Assembly (NCBI GenBank): GCA_963711895.1
Contig: CAVQFU010000002.1
Coordinates: forward strand, 20,021 to 84,020
DNA: 64,000 nucleotides
From: an uncultured Acidobacteriota bacterium
Lineage (GTDB): Bacteria > Actinomycetota > Acidimicrobiia > Spongiisociales > ZC4RG35
Direction of reading: 5' to 3'
The notes beneath the pieces were generated by a model. The model was not told where the DNA came from. It saw nothing but the letters and a program-made list of their open reading frames with translations, and made no database searches. The position numbers and the translations under genes are program-made. Below are positions 18,800-29,269 of the stretch, piece by piece. Position 1 is the first letter of the stretch; each line of letters begins with the position of its first letter.

Positions 18800-20194
18800 G
18801 TGCCCTTGCCGATCCATGTCGTCATCCTCGCCGCGGGGCAGGGGAAGCGGATGATGTCCGACCTCCCCAAGGTAGCCCACATGGCGGCAGGGCGGTCTCT
18901 CATAGGTTGGGTCCTCGAGGCGGTCCGCCCACTCCAACCGGCCAGCACAGTCGTCGTCGTTGGCCACGGCGCCGAGCAGGTGGTCTCCCATCTTCCTGTC
19001 GGCGTAGTCCCTGCGTTGCAGGAGGAGCAGCTGGGCACGGGTCATGCGACACGGGTGGGACTCGATGCTCTCGAAGACGTCGGGCCGGAAGACACGATCA
19101 TGGTGCTCTACGGGGACATGCCGCTTCTCACCGACGATCTGCTCGAACGTCTCGCCGATCGCTCCGACGACGTCGCGGCCCGGATGGTCACCTCCGTCTT
19201 CGAGGACCCGACCGGCTACGGGCGGGTGATACGCGACGATGGCGGCCTGGTAGTCGAGGTCGTCGAGGAGCGTGACAGCGACGCCGCCCAGCGCGCCATC
19301 GGCGAGATCAACGCCGGGGCCTACGCCTTCAGGGCCAAGGATCTGATCGATGCGCTCGGCGGCCTCTCCAACGAGAATGCCCAGGGCGAGTTCTACCTGA
19401 CCGACGTCATCGGAATCCTCGTAGGACGAGGCGAGCGATTACAACCTGTCGAGACGACACCCGAGGAGGTGATCGGCATCAACTCTCAGGACCAACTCAC
19501 GGAGGCCAGGCACCTGTTGCAGGCCCGAACCAATCAACGGCTCATGGAGTCGGGGGTATGGATGCTCGACCCGGATCGCACCTACGTCGACGACACCGTC
19601 ACGGTCCAGGCCGGCGCTCGCATCTACCCCGGGGTCCACCTCGAGGGGAACACGACCGTGGCGGCTGGGGCCCAGGTCGGACCTGATGTCTTCGCCATCG
19701 ACTCATCGATCGGGGCCGGCGCCACCGTTTGGTATGCGGTGCTGCGCGGCGCCGTGGTTGGGGAGGACTGCGAGGTCGGGCCCTACGCATCGTTGCGACC
19801 GGGGACGGTCCTGGAGAAGGGCGCCAAGGTGGGCACTTTCGTCGAGACCAAGAACACCACTCTCGGGGAAGGAGCCAAGGCGCCCCATCTCGCCTATCTC
19901 GGCGACGCCACGGTGGGGGCGAGGTCCAACATCGGGGCCGGTTCGATCACCTGCAACTACGACGGCTACGAGAAGCATCAGACAGTGATCGGTGATGACG
20001 TCTTCATCGGATCTGACACGATGCTGGTCGCCCCGTTGAGCATCGGCGACAACGCCGTAACCGGCGCCGGGTCCGTGATCACCGAGGACGTCGAAGAAGG
20101 CGCTCTCGCTCTGGAGCGCAGTGAGCAGCGTGATTTCCCCGGCTACTCTCAGCGCCGCGCAGAGAGACAGGCCGCCAAGAAAACCGAGGACTGA
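18800..20194 (+). CDS. glmU: bifunctional UDP-GlcNAc pyrophosphorylase/GlcN-1-P acetyltransferase
   Basis: LAAGQGKRM, QLGTGHA, hexapeptide repeats, CNYDG. Confidence 0.97.
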   Translation: MPLPIHVVILAAGQGKRMMSDLPKVAHMAAGRSLIGWVLEAVRPLQPASTVVVVGHGAEQVVSHLPVGVVPALQEEQLGTGHATRVGLDALEDVGPEDTIMVLYGDMPLLTDDLLERLADRSDDVAARMVTSVFEDPTGYGRVIRDDGGLVVEVVEERDSDAAQRAIGEINAGAYAFRAKDLIDALGGLSNENAQGEFYLTDVIGILVGRGERLQPVETTPEEVIGINSQDQLTEARHLLQARTNQRLMESGVWMLDPDRTYVDDTVTVQAGARIYPGVHLEGNTTVAAGAQVGPDVFAIDSSIGAGATVWYAVLRGAVVGEDCEVGPYASLRPGTVLEKGAKVGTFVETKNTTLGEGAKAPHLAYLGDATVGARSNIGAGSITCNYDGYEKHQTVIGDDVFIGSDTMLVAPLSIGDNAVTGAGSVITEDVEEGALALERSEQRDFPGYSQRRAERQAAKKTED

Positions 20195-20195
20195 G

Positions 20196-21167
20196 TTGGA
20201 CATTGTCTCCCGCAACCGAATGATGCTCTTCACTGGGGGAGCCAACATCCCTTTGGCCGAGGAGGTCGCCGAGGTCCTGGGTGTCTCCCTGGGTGAGCTC
20301 GAGCGTTCCCATTTCGCCAACGGCGAGATCTATGTGAGGCCGGCAGAGAGCGTCCGCGGCGCGGACTGCTACGTGATGCAGAGTCACTGTGAGCCGATCA
20401 ACGACAACATCATGGAGCAGCTGATAACGATCGATGCCCTCAATCGGGCGTCGGCACGCCGGATCACCGCGGTCATGCCGTTCTTCGGTTACTCGAGACA
20501 GGACAAGAAGGTGCGGCCGCGAGAGCCCATAACCGCCCGACTCGTGGGGGACCTGTTCATGACCGCCGGCGCCGACCGTCTCGTGTCCGTCGATCTGCAC
20601 ACGGGCCAGCTTCAGGGCTTCATCCACAAGCCTTTCGACTCGCTGACTGCCCTCCCGATCATCACCGACTACCTGTCGCAGAAACTCAACGGGCAGACGA
20701 CGGTGGTCTCGCCTGATGCGGGCGGTGTGAAGCGGGCCGAGCGCTACGCCCGATTCCTCGACGCCTCGGTGGCTTTCGTCTACAAACGCCGCGACCCGGT
20801 CCTCCACAACGTCTCTGAGGCTCTCGAGCTGGCGGGATCGGTTGACGGCAGGCATGTCGTCATCGTCGATGACATCATCGACACCGCCGGCACGGTCACC
20901 AACGCGGCGGAGATGGTGCGCGATCAAGGAGCGCTCAGTGTTCGAATCGCCGCCACCCATGGCGTCTTCTCGGAGCCGGCGCTCGACCTCCTCAAGAACG
21001 CTCCCGTCGAGGAGGTGATCGTCACCAACACCCTCCCGGTGGCGCCGGAGGTGCTCGAGCTGGACAAGCTCCAGGTGCTCTCGATCGCACCGATCCTGGC
21101 CGAGACACTCCAGGCGATCTTCATGGACTCGTCGGTGTCGGAGATCTTCCTCGGCGAGAACGCCTAA
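20196..21167 (+). CDS. prs: ribose-phosphate pyrophosphokinase
   Basis: FANGEI, YSRQDKK, VSPDAGG, IVDDIIDTAGT. Confidence 0.97.
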   Translation: MDIVSRNRMMLFTGGANIPLAEEVAEVLGVSLGELERSHFANGEIYVRPAESVRGADCYVMQSHCEPINDNIMEQLITIDALNRASARRITAVMPFFGYSRQDKKVRPREPITARLVGDLFMTAGADRLVSVDLHTGQLQGFIHKPFDSLTALPIITDYLSQKLNGQTTVVSPDAGGVKRAERYARFLDASVAFVYKRRDPVLHNVSEALELAGSVDGRHVVIVDDIIDTAGTVTNAAEMVRDQGALSVRIAATHGVFSEPALDLLKNAPVEEVIVTNTLPVAPEVLELDKLQVLSIAPILAETLQAIFMDSSVSEIFLGENA

Positions 21168-21208
21168 CACTGCCGATTCGGCACCGTGCTTCCTAGACTC
21201 CCGCCGTC

Positions 21209-22547
21209 GTGAGCGCCCGCCATCGCCAACCCGCATCGACGACGGCCCAGGCCAGGCTCCGTGCTCTCGTGATCGCGCTGGTCGCCATCTTCGTCATCGC
21301 CTTCTTCTTTCTCCGTGGAGAGGGCGAGGGCGCCGGTCCCGAGGGCACCGACCCACCGGTCGCACGGCGCCACGACCACTGACGCCACCATCCGGCACCG
21401 GGTCGACGACGCCGGGCGGATCCGCCACCACCGTCCCCGGCGGGCCAACCACCACCGGGAGCAACCTGCCCGCCCTGCAGGGAGTGAGCCTGGAGACGCT
21501 GACCGGGGACGTCAGGCAACCGACCGCCATCACCACTCCCCCGGCGATGACCGCCTCTTCATCGTGGAGCGATTCGGGGTGATCCTGATGATGGACGCCA
21601 ACCGCGAGTTGCAGGAGACGGCGTTCCTCGATCTCACCGACCGGGTTCTCGCCGGAGGCATCGAGCAGGGTCTGCTCGGTCTCGCCTTCCACCCCGACTA
21701 CGCCAACAACGGGAGGTTCTACGTCTACTACACAGACCAGGGAGGCCGCCGCCAGCTCTCCGAGTTCCAGGTCTCGGTGTCCGATCCCAACATTGCCTCG
21801 CCCGACACCGAGAGGGTCCTGATCGAGTTGGAGCAGCCACCGGACGCCACCGACATCCGTCACTACGCCGGCAACCTCGCCTTCGGCCCGGACGGCTATC
21901 TGTATGTGTCGATGGGCGACGGCGCCGACTCCAGGGACCAGGGACAGGACCCGAACACCATGTTCGGCACTGTCTCCCGCATCGACGTCGACGGTGGCGA
22001 CCCGTATGGGATCCCGCCAGAGAATCCCTTCGTCGACGGGGGCGGGGCCGGCGAGGTGTGGGCCTACGGGCTCAGGAACCCGTGGCGATTCTCCATCGAT
22101 CCGGTCGACGGTCTCATCTACATCGCCGATGTGGGTCACGCCGACCAGGAGGAGATCAACGTCCTCCCGATCGCCGAGGGCGGTTTCAACCTGGGATGGT
22201 CGGACGTCGAGGGGACCCGCTGCTTCCACGTCCAGGAATGCGACCTGGCCAACTACACGTCCCCGGTCATCACCTACAGCCACGAAGAGGGATGCTCGAT
22301 CACCGGTGGCTACGTCTATCGAGGGGCGGCGATCCCCGAGCTCACCGGGACCTATTTCTACAGCGATTGGTGCTCGGAGTGGATCCGATCGTTCAAGTAC
22401 GTCGGTGGCCAGGTCACCGAGGAGCGGGACTGGACCGAGGACCTGGGCATGCTGGGACAGGTCAACACATTTGGTGTCGACTCCGCCGGCGAGCTCTACC
22501 TGGGCACTCACGAGGGCCTTGTCGCCCGGTTCGTCGCCGACCGCTAG
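21209..22547 (+). CDS. membrane-anchored PQQ-dependent sugar dehydrogenase (GSDH family), frameshifted in the 5' linker
   Basis: EQGLLGLAFHPDY, LAFGPDGYLY and YGLRNPWR. The N-terminal TM helix and Thr-rich linker lie in other frames. Confidence 0.8.
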
Positions 22548-22783
22548 CCCACCTGGGGAAGCTCTATCACCTCACCGGGATAGATGAGGTCCGGGTCGCC
22601 GGAGCTGAGCGCGGCCCGGTTCGTCTCGATAACGAACCGCCAATACGGATCGATCTCCGCAGGTTCGGCGGGACGGTCGAGGATCCCTTCGAGGTGAGTG
22701 GCACTGATCTTCCACAGATGGTCTCCGGGCTGAACCACGACGGACCCATCGGGACCCGGGCTTTCGCCGAGCGACACCGGCAC
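22544..22783 (-). CDS. LysM domain protein (5' part truncated or frameshifted)
   Basis: VVQPGDHLWKIS...N....DPDLIYPGEVIELP. Confidence 0.75.
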   Translation of the reverse strand: MPVSLGESPGPDGSVVVQPGDHLWKISATHLEGILDRPAEPAEIDPYWRFVIETNRAALSSGDPDLIYPGEVIELPQVG

Positions 22784-22929
22784 GAAGGCGGGAGCCCCCG
22801 CCGGCTCGGCGACTGGCCGCCGATCCGATCATGACCACCACGGTGGCGATGAGTGAGGCGCTTCCCCCATGCCATACCCACTGAATACGACATCGGGAGA
22901 CCGTCGAGAAGAGGGTTACAGTGCCGAAC

Positions 22930-23156
22930 ATGAAAGTTCGCATCGGGATCGCCGACACGGGCAAGGTCGTGGAGATCGAAATCGACGACGTGGAGGCGTT
23001 TCAGTCGGAGGTGGAGCGAGCGGTTGCCGACGGCGGCCTGGCCTGGTTCATCGACACCAAGGGCCGGACCGTGGGTGTTCCCGCGCAGTCCATCTCGTTC
23101 GTCGAGATCGAGGCCATCGAGGGCGGCCCTTCAGTCGGGTTCGCTCCAGCTGTAGG
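22930..23156 (+). CDS. DUF3107 family protein (the true stop is probably the TAG at 23153, out of frame as assembled)
   Basis: MKVRIGIADTGKVVEIE...DTKGRTVGVP..ISFVEI...VGF. The ORF track extension to 23352 reads through a repeat element. Confidence 0.75.
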
Positions 23157-23310
23157 CCCGTCGCAGAAATACTGGCGGTGTTCTCCGGCCCTCGACCCCC
23201 TGGCGGCGTCGAAGTGCTCGCGCAGCTCCCCGGCTGCGACTGCGCTCTCCTGGCCAGATGTCGCCGATGGCTCGGAGACACCCTCGCCCTATTTCAGCGA
23301 CAGACCACTA
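23153..23310 (-). mobile_element. MITE-like structured repeat, copy 1
   Basis: The reverse complement begins tagtggtctgtc and aligns along its length with 42044-42209 and 45936-46101. Confidence 0.85.
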
Positions 23311-23589
23311 GACGGCGCGTCTGCGTCGTTCGGCGAGCCAGCGCTTGCGTAGCCGTCTGCGGTCGTCCTCGGCGTAACCGCCCCAGACGCCGGATTCCTG
23401 ATTGGTCTCGAGGGCGTACTGGAGACAACTCTCCTGGACGGGACAGGTCATGCAGATGGCGATGGCAGCGTCGATCTGGTCGATTGCCGGTCCGGTGGTG
23501 CCGACCGGGAAGAACAGAGTCGGCTCCGAATCCCGGCAATCTGCGAGATCCCGCCAATCTGTGGTGATGGTGGTTGTGGTGGTGAGCAA
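23308..23589 (-). CDS. whiB: WhiB family regulator (WhiB1/WblE-like)
   Basis: Four Cys (C..C..CPV...C), LFFPVGTTGPA, GVWGG. Confidence 0.93.
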   Translation of the reverse strand: MLTTTTTITTDWRDLADCRDSEPTLFFPVGTTGPAIDQIDAAIAICMTCPVQESCLQYALETNQESGVWGGYAEDDRRRLRKRWLAERRRRAV

Positions 23590-23602
23590 GATGTTCCTCA
23601 GT

Positions 23603-23620
23603 TTGTGATCTTTTTCACAA
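23603..23620. promoter_or_regulatory. Rex/CRP-type operator upstream of whiB
   Basis: TTGTGA-tctttt-TCACAA palindrome. Confidence 0.75.
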
Positions 23621-23721
23621 GCGTTCCGTGAGAGATGAAGTCCTTTGGAACGGTGGTTTTCCGGGGGCGAACGATACTGTCACTTTCTCCGCCTGTAAAT
23701 GGTTTTCTTCAAAGGAGCCAG

Positions 23722-24417
23722 GTGAGCGACCTTCCAGTGGTGATCGGCCACAGGGGCTGGCCGAGCCGATTCCCCGACAACACACTCGCTGGTTTTCTCG
23801 CCGCCGCCAGCGTCGCCGGGTCGGTGGAGACCGATGTGCGGCGCAGCAGTGACGGAAAACTCGTCCTTTCCCATGATCCGGAATTGGGTGGCCTCGGCGT
23901 CGCCGATCATCCCTGGTCGGTCCTCGGCGAGCTCGATCTGGGTGACGGCCATCGGCCGGCTCTGCTGGACGAGGCCATCGCAGCCATCCCGGGGACGTCG
24001 TTCCAGTTCGAGATCAAGAACATGCCTCACGAGGCTGGGTTCGAGCCGGACCACCGTCTCGCTTTGGAGGCGGCGGAACGTGCCCGGCCGGGGGACATCG
24101 TGACCTCGTTCAACTGGCAGACTCTGGCCGCGGTCCGCCGGGTGTTCCCCGACGTGGCGACTGGTGTCCTCATCGACGGCCGGGGCGAGATCGACCACGC
24201 CATCGACGAATGCTTGGACGTCGGACACCCGGCGCTGGTTCCCTCGGTATTCCTCCCCACTCTCGGCCTGGTTCGAGCCCTCGAGGCGGGGCTCGCCGTC
24301 TACCCCTGGGTCGTCGACGACCCGGAGCGTGTAATCGAGTTGGCCGGTCTCGGGGTGTCGGGCATCATTACCGACGACCCAGCCGCTGTCGCTTCGGCCC
24401 TGGGGAGCCACGCATGA
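23722..24417 (+). CDS. glycerophosphodiester phosphodiesterase
   Basis: IGHRG, DNTLAGF, VETDV, SHD, EIK, GIITDDP. Confidence 0.92.
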   Translation: MSDLPVVIGHRGWPSRFPDNTLAGFLAAASVAGSVETDVRRSSDGKLVLSHDPELGGLGVADHPWSVLGELDLGDGHRPALLDEAIAAIPGTSFQFEIKNMPHEAGFEPDHRLALEAAERARPGDIVTSFNWQTLAAVRRVFPDVATGVLIDGRGEIDHAIDECLDVGHPALVPSVFLPTLGLVRALEAGLAVYPWVVDDPERVIELAGLGVSGIITDDPAAVASALGSHA

Positions 24418-24878
24418 GCATCAAAGAAGAGCTCGCCAACGAGTTGAGAGACGCAATGAGAGCCAAGGATGGCCCACGTCGTGATGTCATCCGCCAGATC
24501 GAGACCGAGGTCTCCGTGGCCCGGAGCGAGCCAGGGTTCTCCGGGGAGGTGGACGACGATCTCTACCGGCGTGTGATCGGCTCCTACGTGAAGAAGATGG
24601 ACAAGACACGCCACGAGTACCTCGAAATGGGCGAACGCGGGGCGTCCATGGCCGCCAAGCTGGGATATGAGGTCGACTACTTGTCCCGTTGGCTTCCCCA
24701 GAAGCTGGACGAGGCACACACGCGGGACCTGGTCAGGAAGACGATCGAGGATCTCGGTGTGGCGGGAGACGAGAAGGCGGCGGGGCGGGTGACCGGCCAG
24801 CTGATGAAGGAGCACGGCAAGGACCTCGACGGGGGGCTCGTGAACCGTCTGGTCCGCGAGGAGATCTCCGCCGGTTGA
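24414..24878 (+). CDS. GatB/YqeY domain protein
   Basis: MSIKEELANELRDAMRAKD...WLPQKL...LDGGLVNRLV. Confidence 0.9.
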   Translation: MSIKEELANELRDAMRAKDGPRRDVIRQIETEVSVARSEPGFSGEVDDDLYRRVIGSYVKKMDKTRHEYLEMGERGASMAAKLGYEVDYLSRWLPQKLDEAHTRDLVRKTIEDLGVAGDEKAAGRVTGQLMKEHGKDLDGGLVNRLVREEISAG

Positions 24879-25819
24879 GCGTCCCCGACATCGAGCCAAT
24901 GCTGGCGACGCGGGTGGAGGATCCTTTCGACGATCCCGGCTGGTGGTTCGAGGTCAAGTGGGACGGGTACCGCGCGGTGCTTGCTGCCGACAGTGGGCGA
25001 ATCCGGGCCCGATCTCGACGGGGGCTCGATCTGACCGGGCCATTTCCCGAGCTGGCCACGCTGCCCATCCCCGACGGAGTGGCGGTCGATGGCGAGGTGG
25101 TCGCCTTCGATGAGAACGGAAAGCCCTCTTTCTCCTATCTCCAGCAGCGCACCGGCTTTGGTGGCCGAGGGACCAAGGCCGACGTGGGTGTCAATCTCGT
25201 CGTGTTCGACCTGTTGTATCGAGGTGAAAGCCTGATCGCACGACCCTATGAAGAGAGAGTGGGGCGCCTCATGGACCTGGCGCTGCCTTCGCCGATCGTG
25301 GTCCCGACACCGACCCCTGAGGACGGGCGGGCACTGTTCGAGTTCGCCAGGGCTTCCGACCTCGAGGGCATCGTCGGGAAGAGGCTCGGGTCACCGTATC
25401 TGCCGGGTCGACGTTCGCCCGATTGGCGGAAGGTGTCGGTGAGACGCCGGCTGCGGGCGGTGGTGGGCGGGTATCTGCCCGGCGAAGGCGGGAGGGCGTC
25501 CACCTTCGGCTCGATCCTCGTCGGTCTCTACGACGACGTAGGGCTGCGCTGGATTGCGGCGGTGGGGTCCGGCTTCGACGACGCCACCCTCGGGGTCTTC
25601 GCCACCCATCTCCGCCAGATCGAGCGGCCGACATCCCCGTTCCACAACAGCGTGATCCTCCCCAAACCGACCAGACCGGTCTGGGTCGAGCCAGGGATCG
25701 TGGTCGAGGTGGAGTACAAGCAATGGACCCACGACCACCATCTCAGGGCCCCGGTCTACAAGGGTGTGGAGATGGCCGACCCCTCATCTGTGACCTGGGC
25801 CGAGGAAGGCCCGGGCTAG
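24875..25819 (+). CDS. ligD: ATP-dependent DNA ligase (LigD ligase domain only)
   Basis: EVKWDGYR, DGEVV, FDLL, EGIVGKR..SPY.PGRRS.DWRK. Adjacent to Ku. Confidence 0.88.
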   Translation: MSVPDIEPMLATRVEDPFDDPGWWFEVKWDGYRAVLAADSGRIRARSRRGLDLTGPFPELATLPIPDGVAVDGEVVAFDENGKPSFSYLQQRTGFGGRGTKADVGVNLVVFDLLYRGESLIARPYEERVGRLMDLALPSPIVVPTPTPEDGRALFEFARASDLEGIVGKRLGSPYLPGRRSPDWRKVSVRRRLRAVVGGYLPGEGGRASTFGSILVGLYDDVGLRWIAAVGSGFDDATLGVFATHLRQIERPTSPFHNSVILPKPTRPVWVEPGIVVEVEYKQWTHDHHLRAPVYKGVEMADPSSVTWAEEGPG

Positions 25820-26613
25820 CCCGCTTTCGCGGTCTTGGTCTCCTTGGTCTTGGTGGCCTCGACCGAAGCTTTCAGCGCCTCGAGCAGATCGACCACCTTG
25901 GTCGGCTCTGGTGAGACGGTGGCCACGATCTCCTCGCCGGCCACCTTCTTCGCCGCCAGGTCCTCGATCGCCTCACGGGTGCTGTCGACGTAGTCCTCCG
26001 CCTCGAAGGGACGGGTCAGGTTGTCGATCAGCGACGCTGCCATCTTCACCTCTTCGGGTCTTATCTCGACCTCGGAGTCGAGCTCCTCGAACTCTGCATC
26101 TCGCAGCTCGTCGGGCCAGTACATCGTCTCCATGACGATGACCCCTTCCTTGGCTCGGAGGGTGGCGAGCTGTTGCTTCTCCCGGATCGAAACCTTGGCG
26201 ATGGCGACACGCCCTTTGTCCTCGAGAGCCTTCTCGAGAATCTTGTAGGCCTTGACCCCGGTCTTCTCCGGTGAGAGGTAGTAGGCGGACTTGTAGAACA
26301 TCGGGTCGATCTCGGACTCGTCGACGAACTGGACGACATCTACCAGTTTGTTCCCGTCCGGATGGGTCGAGTCGAGCTCCTCGTCGGTGAAGACGACATA
26401 GCGGTCCTTTTCGAACTCGTAGCCCTTGACGATGTCGTCCCACTCCACTTCTTTGCCGTCGGCCTCGGCTACCCGCTTGTAGCGAATCGGGGAGTGGTCG
26501 GTCTTGCGCAGTTGCTTGAACTTGGGCGTCTTGTTGTCGGTTGCCGTATACAGACCCACGGGGATCGTGACTAGCCCGAAATTGATGGCGCCCTTCCAGA
26601 TGGCACGTGGCAT
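25816..26613 (-). CDS. ku: Ku protein
   Basis: MPRAIWKGAINFGLVTIPV, DIVKGYE, VVDLLEALKASV. Confidence 0.96.
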   Translation of the reverse strand: MPRAIWKGAINFGLVTIPVGLYTATDNKTPKFKQLRKTDHSPIRYKRVAEADGKEVEWDDIVKGYEFEKDRYVVFTDEELDSTHPDGNKLVDVVQFVDESEIDPMFYKSAYYLSPEKTGVKAYKILEKALEDKGRVAIAKVSIREKQQLATLRAKEGVIVMETMYWPDELRDAEFEELDSEVEIRPEEVKMAASLIDNLTRPFEAEDYVDSTREAIEDLAAKKVAGEEIVATVSPEPTKVVDLLEALKASVEATKTKETKTAKAG

Positions 26614-26735
26614 GTCAAAAGGGTAGTGGTAGCGGTTACAAACTGTTCTTTTCGGGGTAACAGCCCGGCCTCATACCTACAGCCCGAGACGCACTATGTT
26701 CGGGAGTCCCTGTGGTCCAGCGATTCGGAGGAAAC

Positions 26736-28427
26736 ATGAGCCGTTCCACCTGGAGAAGAAGCCGCCTCGTCGTTGCCGTCACCGTGATGGCATTGGTCGG
26801 GGCGGTGATGGCGGCGCCGGTGAGTGCCAAGGACAAGCCCGACGACAAGAAGTCGAAACAGGTCGAGCTTCAGATACTGGCTCTCAACGACTTTCACGGG
26901 AACATCAACACTTTGTCGTCCTCTTTCGGAGGGACCGGTGGCGCCCAGAACCTGGCGACCAACATCGCCGCCGCCGAAGCCGGGATCCGGAACTCGATCT
27001 TCGTCTCTGCCGGTGACCTGATCGGCGCCTCCCCTCTGATCTCGGCCCTCTTCCACGACGAGCCGACGATCGAGGTCATGAACGAGATCGGTCTCGACAT
27101 CAACGGCGTGGGCAACCACGAGTTCGACGAGGGAGCAGCCGAGCTGCTTCGGATGCAGAACGGTGGCAGCCACCCTGTCGACGGGGATCTCGACGGCGAT
27201 GGGTTCGAGGGGGCCGATTTCCAGTTCCTGGCCGCCAACGTCGTCGTCGACGAGACCGGGGAGACCCTGTTCCCGGCCTACACCATCAAGAACTATCAGG
27301 GTGTCAAGGTCGCCTTTATCGGCATGACCCTGGAAGGCACCCCGAGCATCGTCACGCCGTCGGGCGTCGCCGGGCTCACCTTCAAAGACGAGGCGGAGAC
27401 GGTCAACGCCATCGTCGAGCAGCTGCAGAAGCAGAACATCGAGTCGTTCGTGATCCTCCTCCACGAGGGTGGCATGTCTCCTGGAGGTCAGAACGACTGC
27501 TTGGGCGGACTCGCCGGCCCGATCGCCACGATCGTGCCCGAGTTTCACGACGCCGTCGATCTGGTGATCGCCGGGCACACCAACGACGAGTTCATCTGCG
27601 AGATCGACGGTAAGACCGTGACCATGGCCGACACCGCCGGCCGGCTGTTCACAGACATCGACGTCACCCTCGACAAGAAGACCAAGGACATGACCGTCGT
27701 GTCTGTGAAGAACGTTGCCAGCCTGCAGACCGCTGCCGATGACCCGGAGGTGCAGGCCATCATCGACAAGTACAACGGGTTGTCGGCGCCGCTGGCAAAC
27801 GCCGTCATTGGCACCATCACCAACTCGATAACGGCTGCCCAGAATGCGGCGGGTGAGTCTGCGTTGGGCGACGTGATCGCAGACGCCCAACTGGCGGCGA
27901 CCGCCCCGGCCGGCTTCGGTGAAGCCGTGGTCGCTTTCATGAACCCGGGCGGGATCCGCGCCGACCTGATCCACGATGGCCCCGATCCGTTGCAGCCTGC
28001 AGAGGTCACCTACGGTGAGGCCTTCGCCGTGCAGCCGTTTGGGAACAGCCTGGTCACCATGACCCTGACCGGTGAGCAGATCGACACTTTGCTCGAGCAG
28101 CAGTTCGACAACCCAGTCGTGGGCCAGCGCCGCATGCTGCAGGTCTCGGAAGGGTTCACCTACACCTGGGACGCCTCCGAGCCCACCGGCTCCAAGGTCG
28201 CCCCGGCGACGATCATGATCGGTGGTGTGCCGATCGACCTGGCTGCGAGTTATCGGGTCACGGTGAACAGCTTCCTGGCCGAAGGTGGTGGAGACAATTT
28301 CTTCGTCCTGGCCGACGGCACCGATCGACTCGGAGGCGAAGTCGACCTCGACGCACTGGTGACGTACTTCGAGGCCAATACCCCGGTATCGCCTGGGCCG
28401 CAGAACCGGATCACCACGGTTCCATAG
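26736..28427 (+). CDS. secreted bifunctional metallophosphatase/5'-nucleotidase
   Basis: Signal peptide, NDFHG, AGD, GNHEFD, AGHT, NPGGIRA. Confidence 0.93.
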   Translation: MSRSTWRRSRLVVAVTVMALVGAVMAAPVSAKDKPDDKKSKQVELQILALNDFHGNINTLSSSFGGTGGAQNLATNIAAAEAGIRNSIFVSAGDLIGASPLISALFHDEPTIEVMNEIGLDINGVGNHEFDEGAAELLRMQNGGSHPVDGDLDGDGFEGADFQFLAANVVVDETGETLFPAYTIKNYQGVKVAFIGMTLEGTPSIVTPSGVAGLTFKDEAETVNAIVEQLQKQNIESFVILLHEGGMSPGGQNDCLGGLAGPIATIVPEFHDAVDLVIAGHTNDEFICEIDGKTVTMADTAGRLFTDIDVTLDKKTKDMTVVSVKNVASLQTAADDPEVQAIIDKYNGLSAPLANAVIGTITNSITAAQNAAGESALGDVIADAQLAATAPAGFGEAVVAFMNPGGIRADLIHDGPDPLQPAEVTYGEAFAVQPFGNSLVTMTLTGEQIDTLLEQQFDNPVVGQRRMLQVSEGFTYTWDASEPTGSKVAPATIMIGGVPIDLAASYRVTVNSFLAEGGGDNFFVLADGTDRLGGEVDLDALVTYFEANTPVSPGPQNRITTVP

Positions 28428-28439
28428 ACAATCGACATG

Positions 28440-28463
28440 GGCGCCCGGTCTCGGCCGGGCGCC
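28440..28463. terminator. GC-rich hairpin between 5'-nucleotidase and the displaced tRNA 3' end
   Basis: ggcgcccggt-ctcg-gccgggcgcc. Confidence 0.65.
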
Positions 28464-28477
28464 AACGCTTGTACAGG

Positions 28478-28516
28478 GCGCTCCCGGCAGGATTCGAACC
28501 TGCGCACCCGGCTCCG
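28478..28516 (-). repeat. att site: 39-bp duplication of the tRNA-Arg 3' half
   Basis: Identical to 32078-32116 (gcgctcccggcaggattcgaacctgcgcacccggctccg). Confidence 0.92.
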
Positions 28517-28839
28517 CAGAGAGGTCACGGTCAGTCGCTTTCAGAATCAGCAAAACCCCTGGTCAGAGCGATTTCTGGTGGCTCTATGGTTTGTCTCGAC
28601 CGGGTGCGCTTGGTTTTCGGGATGCCTGGCCTCACAAATGCGCGGGATGATTCGAGAAGGCCACAACCGGTTTAGGAAAGTTCCAACACCCCTTAACTCG
28701 CAATCTTCTGATCGAAGAGCCTCGGCTGCAAACCCTGCGCCTGGTCGCCGATAATTGGAAGTAGAAGAACCTGACTCTCGGGACCCGAACGCGAAGAGCG
28801 GTGACCCATGGATGAATGGAGCGCGGTTAAGAAGTCAAC

Positions 28840-29104
28840 CGTCGCCTACACATACGAAGTGCGGGATTGGGTTCCGAAGGAACGGCTGGTGATGAGCACT
28901 GCCGATGGGCCCTTTTCTATGGAAACCACCTATGAGTGGCATGACTCTCCATCAGGCGGCACGACCATGGCCTCCGCAACCGCGGGACCCCGGCCGGCTT
29001 CTCCAACGTCGCCGCGCCGATGATGGTCGGTGCCATGCGTCGCGCCAACCGAAAGGACCTGGTGCGGCTAAAGGCGATCCTCGAGGCGCCGGACACCGCT
29101 TGAT
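28840..29104 (+). pseudogene. SRPBCC-family remnant
   Basis: YTYEV...LVMSTADGPFSMETTYEW, then after a frameshift LRNRGTPAGFS...AMRRANRKDLVRLKAILE. The N-terminus is missing. Confidence 0.6.
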
Positions 29105-29269
29105 GAGGATGGCCAATACGCGCCTCAGGCTTCGAATGGGACCGGCATCAACTCGAACAGGTCAATTGCGTAGCTGCCGAGACCCCGCTGAGAAGGTGTG
29201 GTCCTGAGGCCGGCGACCTTGGAGGCAGGGCGAGCACCTAGCATCTCCTCCCCGGGGAAGGAACCGGAT

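Noticed and set aside
21340-22880. Frameshifts in the GSDH linker and LysM 5' region as phase variation
   Set aside because: Scattered single-base indels with no long repeat tract, so sequencing error is likelier.
23156-23352. C-terminal extension of DUF3107
   Set aside because: It is translation of the MITE-like repeat after a lost stop codon.
24875-26613. Ku plus ligase-only LigD as a novel system
   Set aside because: Standard bacterial NHEJ with split LigD domains.
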